From Chitinophagales bacterium (lineage in GTDB: Bacteria > Bacteroidota > Bacteroidia > Chitinophagales > JADIYW01): 64,000 nucleotides of DNA. Under the pieces are notes generated by a model that had not been told where the DNA came from, made no database searches, and saw only the letters and a program-made list of their open reading frames with translations. The stretch is from positions 507,153-571,152 of the forward strand of contig JAXLTX010000003.1 in NCBI GenBank assembly GCA_046329775.1, in the 5' to 3' direction. Position 1 is the first letter of the stretch, and each line of letters opens with the position of its first letter. Of this stretch, positions 37,902-46,208 are shown piece after piece. The translations under genes were made by a program, and so were the position numbers.

Positions 37902-38348
37902 CTATTCAGCTACCACTTCAAATTCAATTTCAGCAGTAACTTCTTTGTACAAGTTAACGACAGCCTTGTGCGTACCCAGTTCTTTTACTTCACCTGTAAT
38001 ATGCACTTTTTTTCTATCAACAGTGAGGTCGAATTGTTTTTTCAACGCTTCAGCCACCTGAATATTGGTAACACTTCCGAACAATTTACCGGTAGTACCG
38101 GCTTTTGCCCCCACCACAATCTTAGATGTCTTCAACTTCTCTGCCAATACCTTATAATCTTCGATTAATTTGGCGATTTTAGCAGACTGTTGTTTTTTAA
38201 TCTCTTCATTGTGTTTTTTGTTCGACACGTTCGCTACCTGAGCGAAACCTTTTGGTATCAGGAAATTACGACCATAGCCCGGCTTTACGGTTACTACATC
38301 GAATTTGGTTCCTAAATTATCTACGTCTTTTAATAAGATTACTTCCAT
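37902..38348 (-). CDS. rplI: 50S ribosomal protein L9
   Basis: MEVILLKDV...VKPGYGRNFLIP...GKLFGSVT. Confidence 0.98.
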   Translation of the reverse strand: MEVILLKDVDNLGTKFDVVTVKPGYGRNFLIPKGFAQVANVSNKKHNEEIKKQQSAKIAKLIEDYKVLAEKLKTSKIVVGAKAGTTGKLFGSVTNIQVAEALKKQFDLTVDRKKVHITGEVKELGTHKAVVNLYKEVTAEIEFEVVAE

Positions 38349-38355
38349 GGTTGTT

Positions 38356-38622
38356 TTACTTTAAAAGGTCAGTAACATATGGCAATATTGCCAGGTGACG
38401 CGCTTTTTTCACAGCCTGTGAAATCTTACGCTGAAACTTCAGGGAGTTTCCTGTAATACGACGTGGCAATAATTTTCCCTGATCGTTTACGAATTTCAAC
38501 AAGAATTGCGGATCCTTGTAGTCGATGTACTTAATACCGCTTTTTTTGAATCGGCAGTATTTCTTTCTGTTAATTCCTATCTTCGGTGAATTTAAGAACT
38601 TGATTTCTTCGTGTGTTGCCAT
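38356..38622 (-). CDS. rpsR: 30S ribosomal protein S18
   Basis: YCRF...IDYKD...GKLLPRRITG...ARHLAILPY. Confidence 0.98.
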   Translation of the reverse strand: MATHEEIKFLNSPKIGINRKKYCRFKKSGIKYIDYKDPQFLLKFVNDQGKLLPRRITGNSLKFQRKISQAVKKARHLAILPYVTDLLK

Positions 38623-38624
38623 AA

Positions 38625-38978
38625 TTACGCCTCCGCTTTTTTAGATTTACCACTTAATTTGTTTCTGCGTTGCTCAGCATAAGCCAGCGCGTGTTTGTCA
38701 AATCTGGTCGTCAGAAAACGCATGATGTTCTCATCACGTTTAAATTCCACTTCAAATTTGCGGATGAACTGAGGATCTACCTCAAATTGCAACAAGGTGT
38801 AGAAACCCGTTGTTTTTTTCTGAATCGGGTAAGCCAGCTGCTTAATACCCCAATCTTCTTTTTGAACCACCTTTCCACCAGCTTTCTCAATCAGCTCGGT
38901 GTACTTCTTTACGGTTCTTGTGTACTCATCGTTACTGAGTACGGGCGTTGTAATAAAAACCGTTTCGTAATTACTCAT
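38625..38978 (-). CDS. rpsF: 30S ribosomal protein S6
   Basis: YETVFITTP...WGIKQLAYPIQKKTTGFY...IMRFL. Confidence 0.98.
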   Translation of the reverse strand: MSNYETVFITTPVLSNDEYTRTVKKYTELIEKAGGKVVQKEDWGIKQLAYPIQKKTTGFYTLLQFEVDPQFIRKFEVEFKRDENIMRFLTTRFDKHALAYAEQRRNKLSGKSKKAEA

Positions 38979-39020
38979 AATTGTTAATAATTTTGTTTAA
39001 AATACCGAAAATTCGGACTG

Positions 39021-39028
39021 CAAAGGTA
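39021..39028 (-). promoter_or_regulatory. -7 element (TACCTTTG) for rpsF operon
   Basis: Exact TAnnTTTG upstream of rpsF. Confidence 0.65.
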
Positions 39029-39092
39029 CAAATTAATTGGAGAATGAGGTAATAAGAGGAAGAGAAAATGCAGAATTTATGTTAAGTTTCTG

Positions 39093-39236
39093 TGATTTTG
39101 AGTACAAATTCAGCTGATTTTGAGGATTTTGAGGGATTATTTTGTCTGAATCAGGATTTGTCGGATTGCTGGATTGCTGGATTTTTCAATCTCATAACAA
39201 CATAAATCTCAATTCTGAAATCTCAAATCCAAATTC
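39093..39236. repeat. Short GATT/GGATT tandem-repeat tract
   Basis: GATTTTGAG three times, TGTCTGAATCAGGATT, GGATTGCT twice, then complementary AAATCTC/AAATCC units. Confidence 0.55.
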
Positions 39237-39238
39237 TA

Positions 39239-39673
39239 CTAAATCTTCTCCACCCTTTTCTGATGTCTGCCGCCTTCAAAAGCGGTGGTCAGGAAGGTAT
39301 GCACCATTTCTTCCGCTTCATCAATCGTAACAAAACGCGCTGGCAGACAAATGATATTGGCATCATTATGCAGTCGAGCCAGACTTGCAATATCGTTTTG
39401 CCAGCACAAGGCGGCACGGATTTTCTGGTGTTTATTGGCTGTAATGGCCACACCGTTGGCTGAGCCACAAATCAAAATGCCAAATTCTGTATTACCATTC
39501 TCAATTTCCCGAGCAGCAGCGTGCGCATAATCCGGATAATCACAACTCTCTAAACCATGCGTTCCCACATCAATAAGTTCCACATCATTTTTTGCAAGAT
39601 AGCTTTTGATGGCCTCTTTGTATTCAAAGCCGGCATGGTCGGAGCCGATAACTATTTTGGATGGAATGTTCAT
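39239..39673 (-). CDS. rpiB: Ribose-5-phosphate isomerase B
   Basis: GSDHAG, DYPDYA, CGSANGV, ARLHNDAN, FEGGRHQKRV. Confidence 0.97.
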   Translation of the reverse strand: MNIPSKIVIGSDHAGFEYKEAIKSYLAKNDVELIDVGTHGLESCDYPDYAHAAAREIENGNTEFGILICGSANGVAITANKHQKIRAALCWQNDIASLARLHNDANIICLPARFVTIDEAEEMVHTFLTTAFEGGRHQKRVEKI

Positions 39674-39681
39674 AAAACAAA

Positions 39682-39712
39682 TTTAGGATTTAAGATTTAG
39701 GATTTAGGATTT
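39682..39712. repeat. Heptamer tract (GATTTAG-like)
   Basis: tttaggat taagatttag gatttaggat tt between rpiB and dinB. Confidence 0.45.
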
Positions 39713-39762
39713 CTGGCAATTAAAATTTGATTTTGTTTTTAAAATTTGTCTAACTTAAACTC

Positions 39763-41049
39763 GTGAATCAAAACTCACTTCATACCAAAACAGAAGCCCG
39801 TGTCTTATTCATAGACATGAACAGTTTTTTTGCAAGTTGCGAACAACAGACCAATTACTGGCTGCGCGGCAGACCGGTAGCGGTTTGTGTGTACACAGGT
39901 AAATACGGTTGTGTGATTGCGCCTTCGATAGAAGCGAAAAAATATGGCATCAAATTGGGCGTTCGACTGAATGAAGCCATGAAGCTATGTCCTGATCTAG
40001 TGCCACTGGAAACCAATCCAGACAAATACAGAACATTCCATGCGCGCATCATGAACATTCTAAAAAGATATTCGGAGGATGTCATTCCGCGCAGCATTGA
40101 TGAAGCCGTGGTGGATTTAACGAGTTACAAAAACATCTATCCCGACGTCATTGAAGTGGCGAAGCAAATCAAGCGGGATATCAATGAGCACGTCGGAGAT
40201 TACCTGAAATGTTCTATCGGCATTGCTCCGAATGCGTTTCTGGCAAAACTAGCTTCCGACATCCAGAAACCCGATGGCTTGACGGTCATAAATCCGGAAA
40301 ACATCGACCGCGTTTTAAAAAAACTGGAACTGACTGACCTTCCCGGTATCGGTAAGGGCATGGCCAGAAGATTAATTGATGCAGGCATCTACACACCGTA
40401 TGACTTACGCCATTCCACACCCGAAAAATTAAAAGCAGCCTGCAAAAGCATTGTCGGCCTGCACTGGTACCATCGTCTGCATTTTCAGGAAGTGGACATG
40501 CAAACGACAGAGGAATACAAGAACATGTCGGCGATGCGTATGGTATCCAAAGAACAGCGCAGGGATGTGCAAAACCTGCAGGATATCCTGATGATGCTAT
40601 GCCTGACGCTGGAGAAACGCATGATGAAAAAACACCTCTTCTGCAAGCGTGTATCCTTTTTCACCCGTTATGAAAACGGTGCCTCCCATGAGGACAAATT
40701 TCACACCAGCCAGCCACTGCAGGACGGCATGGAACTCTATCACATACTACTGGACAGGCAAAAGGCATTTGAACAGAAAAACAAGCTGCAGCAACCCGTC
40801 ATCAATCAGGATACCACCAGCATCGGTGTGGTCATCGGAGATTTTATTGATGAAGATGTCATGCAATTAAATATCTTCGACAACTCGCATATGAAAACCA
40901 ACAAACTTCGCAAAACAGTATATGATATAAAGAATAAATATGGAAACAAAACCATCAAGAGAGTTTCTGAACTGAGAGATGAGGACGTAGTGGACGATGT
41001 CATCGGTTTTGGCAACATAAAAGATGTAAACAGTGGTGAGTACGGTTGA
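39763..41049 (+). CDS. dinB: Y-family DNA polymerase (Pol IV/DinB-like)
   Basis: FIDMNSFFASCEQ, SIDEA (catalytic acids intact), LAKLASDIQKPDG, LPGIG; GTG start. Confidence 0.9.
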   Translation: MNQNSLHTKTEARVLFIDMNSFFASCEQQTNYWLRGRPVAVCVYTGKYGCVIAPSIEAKKYGIKLGVRLNEAMKLCPDLVPLETNPDKYRTFHARIMNILKRYSEDVIPRSIDEAVVDLTSYKNIYPDVIEVAKQIKRDINEHVGDYLKCSIGIAPNAFLAKLASDIQKPDGLTVINPENIDRVLKKLELTDLPGIGKGMARRLIDAGIYTPYDLRHSTPEKLKAACKSIVGLHWYHRLHFQEVDMQTTEEYKNMSAMRMVSKEQRRDVQNLQDILMMLCLTLEKRMMKKHLFCKRVSFFTRYENGASHEDKFHTSQPLQDGMELYHILLDRQKAFEQKNKLQQPVINQDTTSIGVVIGDFIDEDVMQLNIFDNSHMKTNKLRKTVYDIKNKYGNKTIKRVSELRDEDVVDDVIGFGNIKDVNSGEYG

Positions 41050-41115
41050 TAAAAAATATCGGAATGCGGCTCCATTATTTAAAAAATAGACTACCTTTAA
41101 TTAAATTTTATTAAC

Positions 41116-41448
41116 ATGGGAAAATTTGTAATCAAAACACAGAAAGACGGACAATTCGTATTTCGTCTCTTAGCAGGAAATGGACAGGAAATCTTACGCA
41201 GTGAAGCGTACACCACCAAACCTGCCTGTTTGAACGGCATCAACTCAGTAAAAACAAATGCAGGAGATGACAGCAAGTACGACAGAAAGGTTTCGACAAA
41301 CGGAAAACCGTATTTCAACCTGAAAGCCGGAAACGGACAGATTATCGGCACCAGCGAATTGTACGAGAGCGAAGCCGGCAGGGACAATGGTATTGAAAGC
41401 GTAAAGAGCAATGCTCCGGATGCACCAACAGAAGATACTACCGCATAG
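41116..41448 (+). CDS. yegP: YegP family protein (tandem DUF1508)
   Basis: FRLLAGNGQEILRSEAY and FNLKAGNGQIIGTSELY duplicated halves. Confidence 0.92.
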   Translation: MGKFVIKTQKDGQFVFRLLAGNGQEILRSEAYTTKPACLNGINSVKTNAGDDSKYDRKVSTNGKPYFNLKAGNGQIIGTSELYESEAGRDNGIESVKSNAPDAPTEDTTA

Positions 41449-41474
41449 GATTTATTCCCTATCAGACATTTCAG

Positions 41475-41498
41475 GGCTTGCCGTTGCAAGCCTTTTTT
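41475..41498 (+). terminator. Intrinsic terminator
   Basis: GGCTTGC-cgtt-GCAAGCC-TTTTTT. Confidence 0.8.
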
Positions 41499-42714
41499 AT
41501 TTTTGCTTCTGTGACTGTGAAAGCAGCAGCAATGATATGCCTGAAAACATCAGCAGTGCCATGCACAAGAGCAGTTCATTTGCATAAGGAATGCTATTAT
41601 AGCTGAAAGAGGCAATCCCCTGCAACATCAGCACCAACTCATTCAGAAAAATACCGGTCGAAAAAGCTACGAGGCCATATTTCGCAAGCATTCTTACCTG
41701 AACGATATGGAGGGAAAAAATATAACCCAGCAAAAACATTGTAATGACACCCAATAGGACCAGATGCAGATAAGCGATAACGATGGAACGAAAACCAAAG
41801 GCAAGCTGACTTAATGCCGGAATGGTAGAACCAAGCTGCAACAGCAGTTTTATGGTTAATGCCATTGCACTTAGCCCCATCAGCCACCTCCCCTCTTTCG
41901 AAATGCTTTCTGTCAGCAATACTCTGTGGGTAAACAATATCCTGATAAAGATACCCCATGCAAGCACTTGTGCAAATGCGGCAAACACCACCAGGATATA
42001 CATCCAGGTGGGCAATGCCATCCATAATGTGGACAGAAAATAAGCAGGGATGCTTGCTAATGCAAACAGATGAAATACCGTACGGAGCCTTGTGTTTTCT
42101 AAAATGCCGGAAGGCAGCAATGTATGCAGCAAACCCATACAGGCAAAGAAAAACCAGCCGTTGTATTGGAAGTGCAGATAAAAATAAACAGCCGCCAGAT
42201 ACCAGTCCTGGTGAATCATCTTGTTTGCCATCATAAACGCCAGTGCAAAAGTGCCTGCAGATGAGAATACAGCCGACAATAACGCTGCTTTGAGCCAAAG
42301 ATGGGCAATATCATCCTTATTTATTCCATTCAGATCTTTCCAGTACCGGATTGCAAAGGCGTATGATGTAAAGACTGAGAGCGTAGAGAATGTGATGGAA
42401 ACGGCGCCATAACCCTGAATTGGAAAAGCAATCAGCATGCCATAGGCCGTTACAAGATTCGCGAGCAGCAACCACTTATAACGGACAAATTCATCGCGTC
42501 TGTTTGCACGGGACAAATAGACCAGCATCAGCACCATCAAGGTTTGTGTAATCCAGCCGGCAAATGCAAAATGCGAATGTCCATGCAGCAGGTGTTTCTG
42601 ATCGACGAACGGAAGTGAATATAATATCTTGTATCGTAGCACCACGCCGATGGAAGCCACCAACAACAGGTTGAAGATAGAGATCCTAAGGTAACGTTTG
42701 AAAGAAATATCCAT
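41497..42714 (-). CDS. Polytopic membrane protein with conserved His motifs (NnrS / heme-copper oxidase subunit I-like)
   Basis: About 12 TM segments; HGHSHFAFAGW, YLHFQYNGWF, YLHLVLLG; adjacent to the nos/Crp locus. Confidence 0.6.
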   Translation of the reverse strand: MDISFKRYLRISIFNLLLVASIGVVLRYKILYSLPFVDQKHLLHGHSHFAFAGWITQTLMVLMLVYLSRANRRDEFVRYKWLLLANLVTAYGMLIAFPIQGYGAVSITFSTLSVFTSYAFAIRYWKDLNGINKDDIAHLWLKAALLSAVFSSAGTFALAFMMANKMIHQDWYLAAVYFYLHFQYNGWFFFACMGLLHTLLPSGILENTRLRTVFHLFALASIPAYFLSTLWMALPTWMYILVVFAAFAQVLAWGIFIRILFTHRVLLTESISKEGRWLMGLSAMALTIKLLLQLGSTIPALSQLAFGFRSIVIAYLHLVLLGVITMFLLGYIFSLHIVQVRMLAKYGLVAFSTGIFLNELVLMLQGIASFSYNSIPYANELLLCMALLMFSGISLLLLSQSQKQK

Positions 42715-42749
42715 TTTGCAGATTAGAGGCGATGTTTAAAAATCAACTG

Positions 42750-42793
42750 CAAAAATACAGGACACTATATGAATGATTTATGATTTGAATCAT
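42750..42793 (-). promoter_or_regulatory. Crp/Fnr-type box (ATGAT-N4-ATCAT, 42780-42793) plus -7 element (TATTTTTG, 42750-42757)
   Basis: Perfect inverted arms around a 4-nt spacer; 22-nt gap to the -7 element. Confidence 0.75.
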
Positions 42794-43394
42794 TATTCAT
42801 CAGATACACCTTTCCTTTATTGATGGTAAGCATTCCTTTTTCACATAGCTTCTTAATGGTTCTGATAACCGTTTCCACCCTCAAACCCGTCATACCGGCG
42901 AGTTGCTGTCTGGTAAAGTTTATCCGGAATGGTTCGTTGACGGAATGATGATATTTCTCTTTATAGAAGTTGAGCAGAGAGATGATCTGCTGCTCGGGAT
43001 TATGACAGGCAAGCTCCTTTAAAATGAAAAATTTATAGCGCACCCTTTGTGCTAGCAAGCGAGAGAATGCCATATGTAAATCGTAGTTATCCTTTAGCAA
43101 CTGGAGAAATGTTGTCTTAGGCAACTGGATGATTATGGAATCACATTCCGCCATAGAATTGGCTGCATAGGCTTCATCATCAAACAACGGCAACTCTCCG
43201 AAACACTCACCGGGCATTATAATGGACTGGATAAAAACCTTTCCTTCCGCATCATAGTTCACCCAGCTTACCTTCCCTTCCACCAGCTGATAATAAAAAT
43301 TGCACTTCGCCCCTTCAGAGAAAATGAAATCGCCTTTTTTTATCTTTTTATAGACGGCACCTCTTGAAAGCAGTATATCTTCATTTACCATCAT
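42765..43394 (-). CDS. Crp/Fnr family transcriptional regulator
   Basis: GECFGELPL cNMP-type domain; TRQQLAGMTGLRVETVIRTIK HTH; no N-terminal FNR Cys cluster. Start set at MMVNED (43394). Confidence 0.93.
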   Translation of the reverse strand: MMVNEDILLSRGAVYKKIKKGDFIFSEGAKCNFYYQLVEGKVSWVNYDAEGKVFIQSIIMPGECFGELPLFDDEAYAANSMAECDSIIIQLPKTTFLQLLKDNYDLHMAFSRLLAQRVRYKFFILKELACHNPEQQIISLLNFYKEKYHHSVNEPFRINFTRQQLAGMTGLRVETVIRTIKKLCEKGMLTINKGKVYLMNNDSNHKSFI

Positions 43395-43467
43395 GACATT
43401 AAGAAAAATTGCAATGTAATTTAATCCAAATATCACACAAATGCCGTTAATATTAAACAACCTAAAT

Positions 43468-43481
43468 ATGATTTATATCAT
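43468..43481. promoter_or_regulatory. Crp/Fnr-type box ATGAT-TTAT-ATCAT
   Basis: Perfect arms in the divergent crp/nos intergenic region; likely autoregulatory site. Confidence 0.7.
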
Positions 43482-43538
43482 GTTTTGAATTTTTCTACCA
43501 TCTAAATCCATTGGAAAAACAAGCCTTTTCGAGCTATT

Positions 43539-43582
43539 ATGACTGCAATCATAAATCTTTAAAAGTTATCTGTATAACCTTG
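43539..43582 (+). promoter_or_regulatory. Crp/Fnr-type box (ATGAC-TGCA-ATCAT, 43539-43552) plus -7-like TAACCTTG (43575-43582): nos promoter
   Basis: Same 22-nt gap as at 42750-42793. Confidence 0.72.
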
Positions 43583-43601
43583 CAGCATAAAATCAATTCA
43601 A

Positions 43602-44099
43602 ATGAAAAAGTTATTAATTATCCTAAGCATCTCTTCTTTAGCCGCATTCTTTACAGGATGCAATTCGAATCCGTCCAAAGAGGACTTCAGCACCAAAGAA
43701 GAAACCACAGAAACTCCGGCAGCCACCACGACGGAAAATGGCAACCCTTCTTATGACCCGAAAAGAGGAGAAGGTAAATTTACAAAAGTGGAACTGGGTG
43801 CCACACTGGATGCCGCTATGGCCACTTCCGGTGAGAAGGTGTATGGGGTAAAATGTTCTTCCTGCCACAAGACCACGGATGAGAAACTGGTGGGCCCCGG
43901 ATGGAAAGGCGTAACCACACGTCGTACCCCGGAATGGATCATGAATTTCATCACCAATACGGATGCCATGATTGATAAGGATCCTGCCGCACAGGCACAA
44001 CTGGAAATCTGTCTGGTAAGAATGCCGAACCAGAGTTTATCTGATGATGATGCAAGACATCTGCTTGAATTTATGCGCAAAAACGATGGCGTTAAATAA
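43602..44099 (+). CDS. Monoheme cytochrome c lipoprotein of the clade II nos cluster
   Basis: Lipobox FTGC; CSSCH heme motif; distal Met (VRMPNQ); immediately upstream of nosZ. Confidence 0.92.
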   Translation: MKKLLIILSISSLAAFFTGCNSNPSKEDFSTKEETTETPAATTTENGNPSYDPKRGEGKFTKVELGATLDAAMATSGEKVYGVKCSSCHKTTDEKLVGPGWKGVTTRRTPEWIMNFITNTDAMIDKDPAAQAQLEICLVRMPNQSLSDDDARHLLEFMRKNDGVK

Positions 44100-44129
44100 A
44101 ATAATTTGAATACACACTAAATCTAAGAA

Positions 44130-46121
44130 ATGAAAAAGATAAATCTAAATATGGCAGTATGCATCGCTATCATCACAGCGATGGCCATGACAGCCTGCAA
44201 ACCAAAGAACATCGGCAATGCGGTAAGTGCTGATGCTGCTGCAAAAGCATATGTGGCGCCCGGCAAATACGATGCTTTCTACAATTTTGTGAGTGGCGGA
44301 TTCAGCGGGCAGATGAGTGTATACGGCTTACCGAGCGGACGTTTATTAAGAGTGATTCCGGTATTCTCCGTGGACCCCGAAAAAGGCTGGGGGTACAGCG
44401 AAGAGACCAAACCTATGTTAAACACTTCTCATGGTTTTGTGCCTTGGGATGACCTGCACCATACAGAGTTATCACAAACCAATGGTGAAATCGACGGACG
44501 CTGGATCTTCGGCAATGCCAACAATACGCCGCGTGTGGCTCGTATCGATTTGAAAACATTCCGCACGGCAGAAATCATCGAGTTGCCAAACAGTGCCGGC
44601 AACCACTCTTCTCCTTTCATCACCGAAAATACTGAATATGTGGTGGCAGGTACTCGCTTCAGTGTTCCACCGGATAACGCAAACGGAGATATTCCAATCA
44701 ACACCTACAAGCAAAACTTTAAAGGCTACTTAAGCTTCATCAGCGTGGGCAAAGAAGATGGTAAAATGGATATCGCATTCCAGATTGAATGTCCGGGTGT
44801 GAATTTTGACTTAAGCCATGCAGGCAAAGGAAAATCGCACGGATGGTTCTTCTTCTCTTGTTACAATACAGAACAGGCCAACACCATGTTAGAGGTGAAT
44901 GCATCTCAAAAAGACAAAGACTTCATCATGGCGGTGAACTGGAAAAAAGCGGAAGAATACCTGAAAGCGGGTAAAGGCAAAAAAGTTCCTGCAAAATATG
45001 CTCACAACACCTACAGCGACAAAACACACAGTGCCACTTCTGAAATCAAGTCAGAGGTAACGGTGTTAAGCGCCAAAGAACTGAAAGATATCTGCTATTT
45101 CATTCCTTGTCCGAAATCACCACACGGTTGCGATGTGGATCCAACAGGTGAATACATCGTAGGCAGCGGTAAATTGGCTGCATTGATTCCGGTCTTCAGT
45201 TTTGACAAATTACAAAAAGCCATCGCTGCTAAGGACTTCGCAGGAGACTTCGATGGTATCCCTGTCGTCAAATATGAATCCGCCTTATATGGTGAAGTAC
45301 AGAAACCGGGCTTGGGACCTCTGCATACGGAATTTGACGGAAACGGAAATGCCTACACCTCTTTCTTCGTTTCTTCAGAAGTGGTAAAATGGAACATCAA
45401 GGACTTGAAAGTGATAGACCGCGTTCCGACTTATTACTCTGTAGGCCACTTATGTGTACCGGGCGGAGACAGCAAGAAACCGTCTCCGAAATACCTGATT
45501 GCGTATAACAAGATTACCAAAGACAGATACCTTCCAACTGGTCCTGAATTGTCTCAAAGTGCTCAATTGTATGATATCAGCGGAGATAAGATGCAACTGA
45601 TTCTCGACTTCCCGACCATCGGTGAACCACACTATGCACAGGCTGTACCGGCGGAAGTGATCAAAGGAAATTCAGTAAAAATATTCAAGATTGAAGAAAA
45701 CGGAAATCCTTATGCTTCTAAAGGAGAAGGGGCATCCAAAGTAGTAAGAGAAGGTAATAAGGTACATGTATACATGACCTCTATCCGCTCTCACTTCTCA
45801 CCGGACAACATTGAAGGTATCAGAATGGGCGACGAAGTTTACTTCCATGTAACCAACTTAGAACAAGACTGGGACGTACCTCATGGCTTTGCCGTAAAAG
45901 GCGCCAACAATGGTGAGTTGCTCATCATGCCGGGAGAAACACAAACGCTGAAATGGGTACCGGACAGAGTGGGCATGTTCCCGATGTATTGTACCGATTT
46001 CTGCAGTGCGTTACATCAGGAAATGCAGGGATACGTGAGAGTATCACCGGCAGGCAGCAGCGTTCCCCTCACCTTCAGTACGGGCAAAAATCTACCTGCA
46101 GCCACTCCGGAAACAAAATAA
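44130..46121 (+). CDS. nosZ: Sec-dependent (clade II) nitrous-oxide reductase
   Basis: VSGGFSGQ, DDLHH, GNHSS, PKSPHG, PLHTEF, VGHL, EPHYA (CuZ His); CuA motif HGF...CTDFCSALHQEM; no Tat RR; lipobox MTAC. Confidence 0.97.
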   Translation: MKKINLNMAVCIAIITAMAMTACKPKNIGNAVSADAAAKAYVAPGKYDAFYNFVSGGFSGQMSVYGLPSGRLLRVIPVFSVDPEKGWGYSEETKPMLNTSHGFVPWDDLHHTELSQTNGEIDGRWIFGNANNTPRVARIDLKTFRTAEIIELPNSAGNHSSPFITENTEYVVAGTRFSVPPDNANGDIPINTYKQNFKGYLSFISVGKEDGKMDIAFQIECPGVNFDLSHAGKGKSHGWFFFSCYNTEQANTMLEVNASQKDKDFIMAVNWKKAEEYLKAGKGKKVPAKYAHNTYSDKTHSATSEIKSEVTVLSAKELKDICYFIPCPKSPHGCDVDPTGEYIVGSGKLAALIPVFSFDKLQKAIAAKDFAGDFDGIPVVKYESALYGEVQKPGLGPLHTEFDGNGNAYTSFFVSSEVVKWNIKDLKVIDRVPTYYSVGHLCVPGGDSKKPSPKYLIAYNKITKDRYLPTGPELSQSAQLYDISGDKMQLILDFPTIGEPHYAQAVPAEVIKGNSVKIFKIEENGNPYASKGEGASKVVREGNKVHVYMTSIRSHFSPDNIEGIRMGDEVYFHVTNLEQDWDVPHGFAVKGANNGELLIMPGETQTLKWVPDRVGMFPMYCTDFCSALHQEMQGYVRVSPAGSSVPLTFSTGKNLPAATPETK

Positions 46122-46208
46122 TAACTCTTGTTTGATCCTTAATAGTGGAACAGGTGAATGAAAGCCTGTTCCATTTTTTTTGAATCTTCAATTTTTAAAA
46201 TACAAGCC

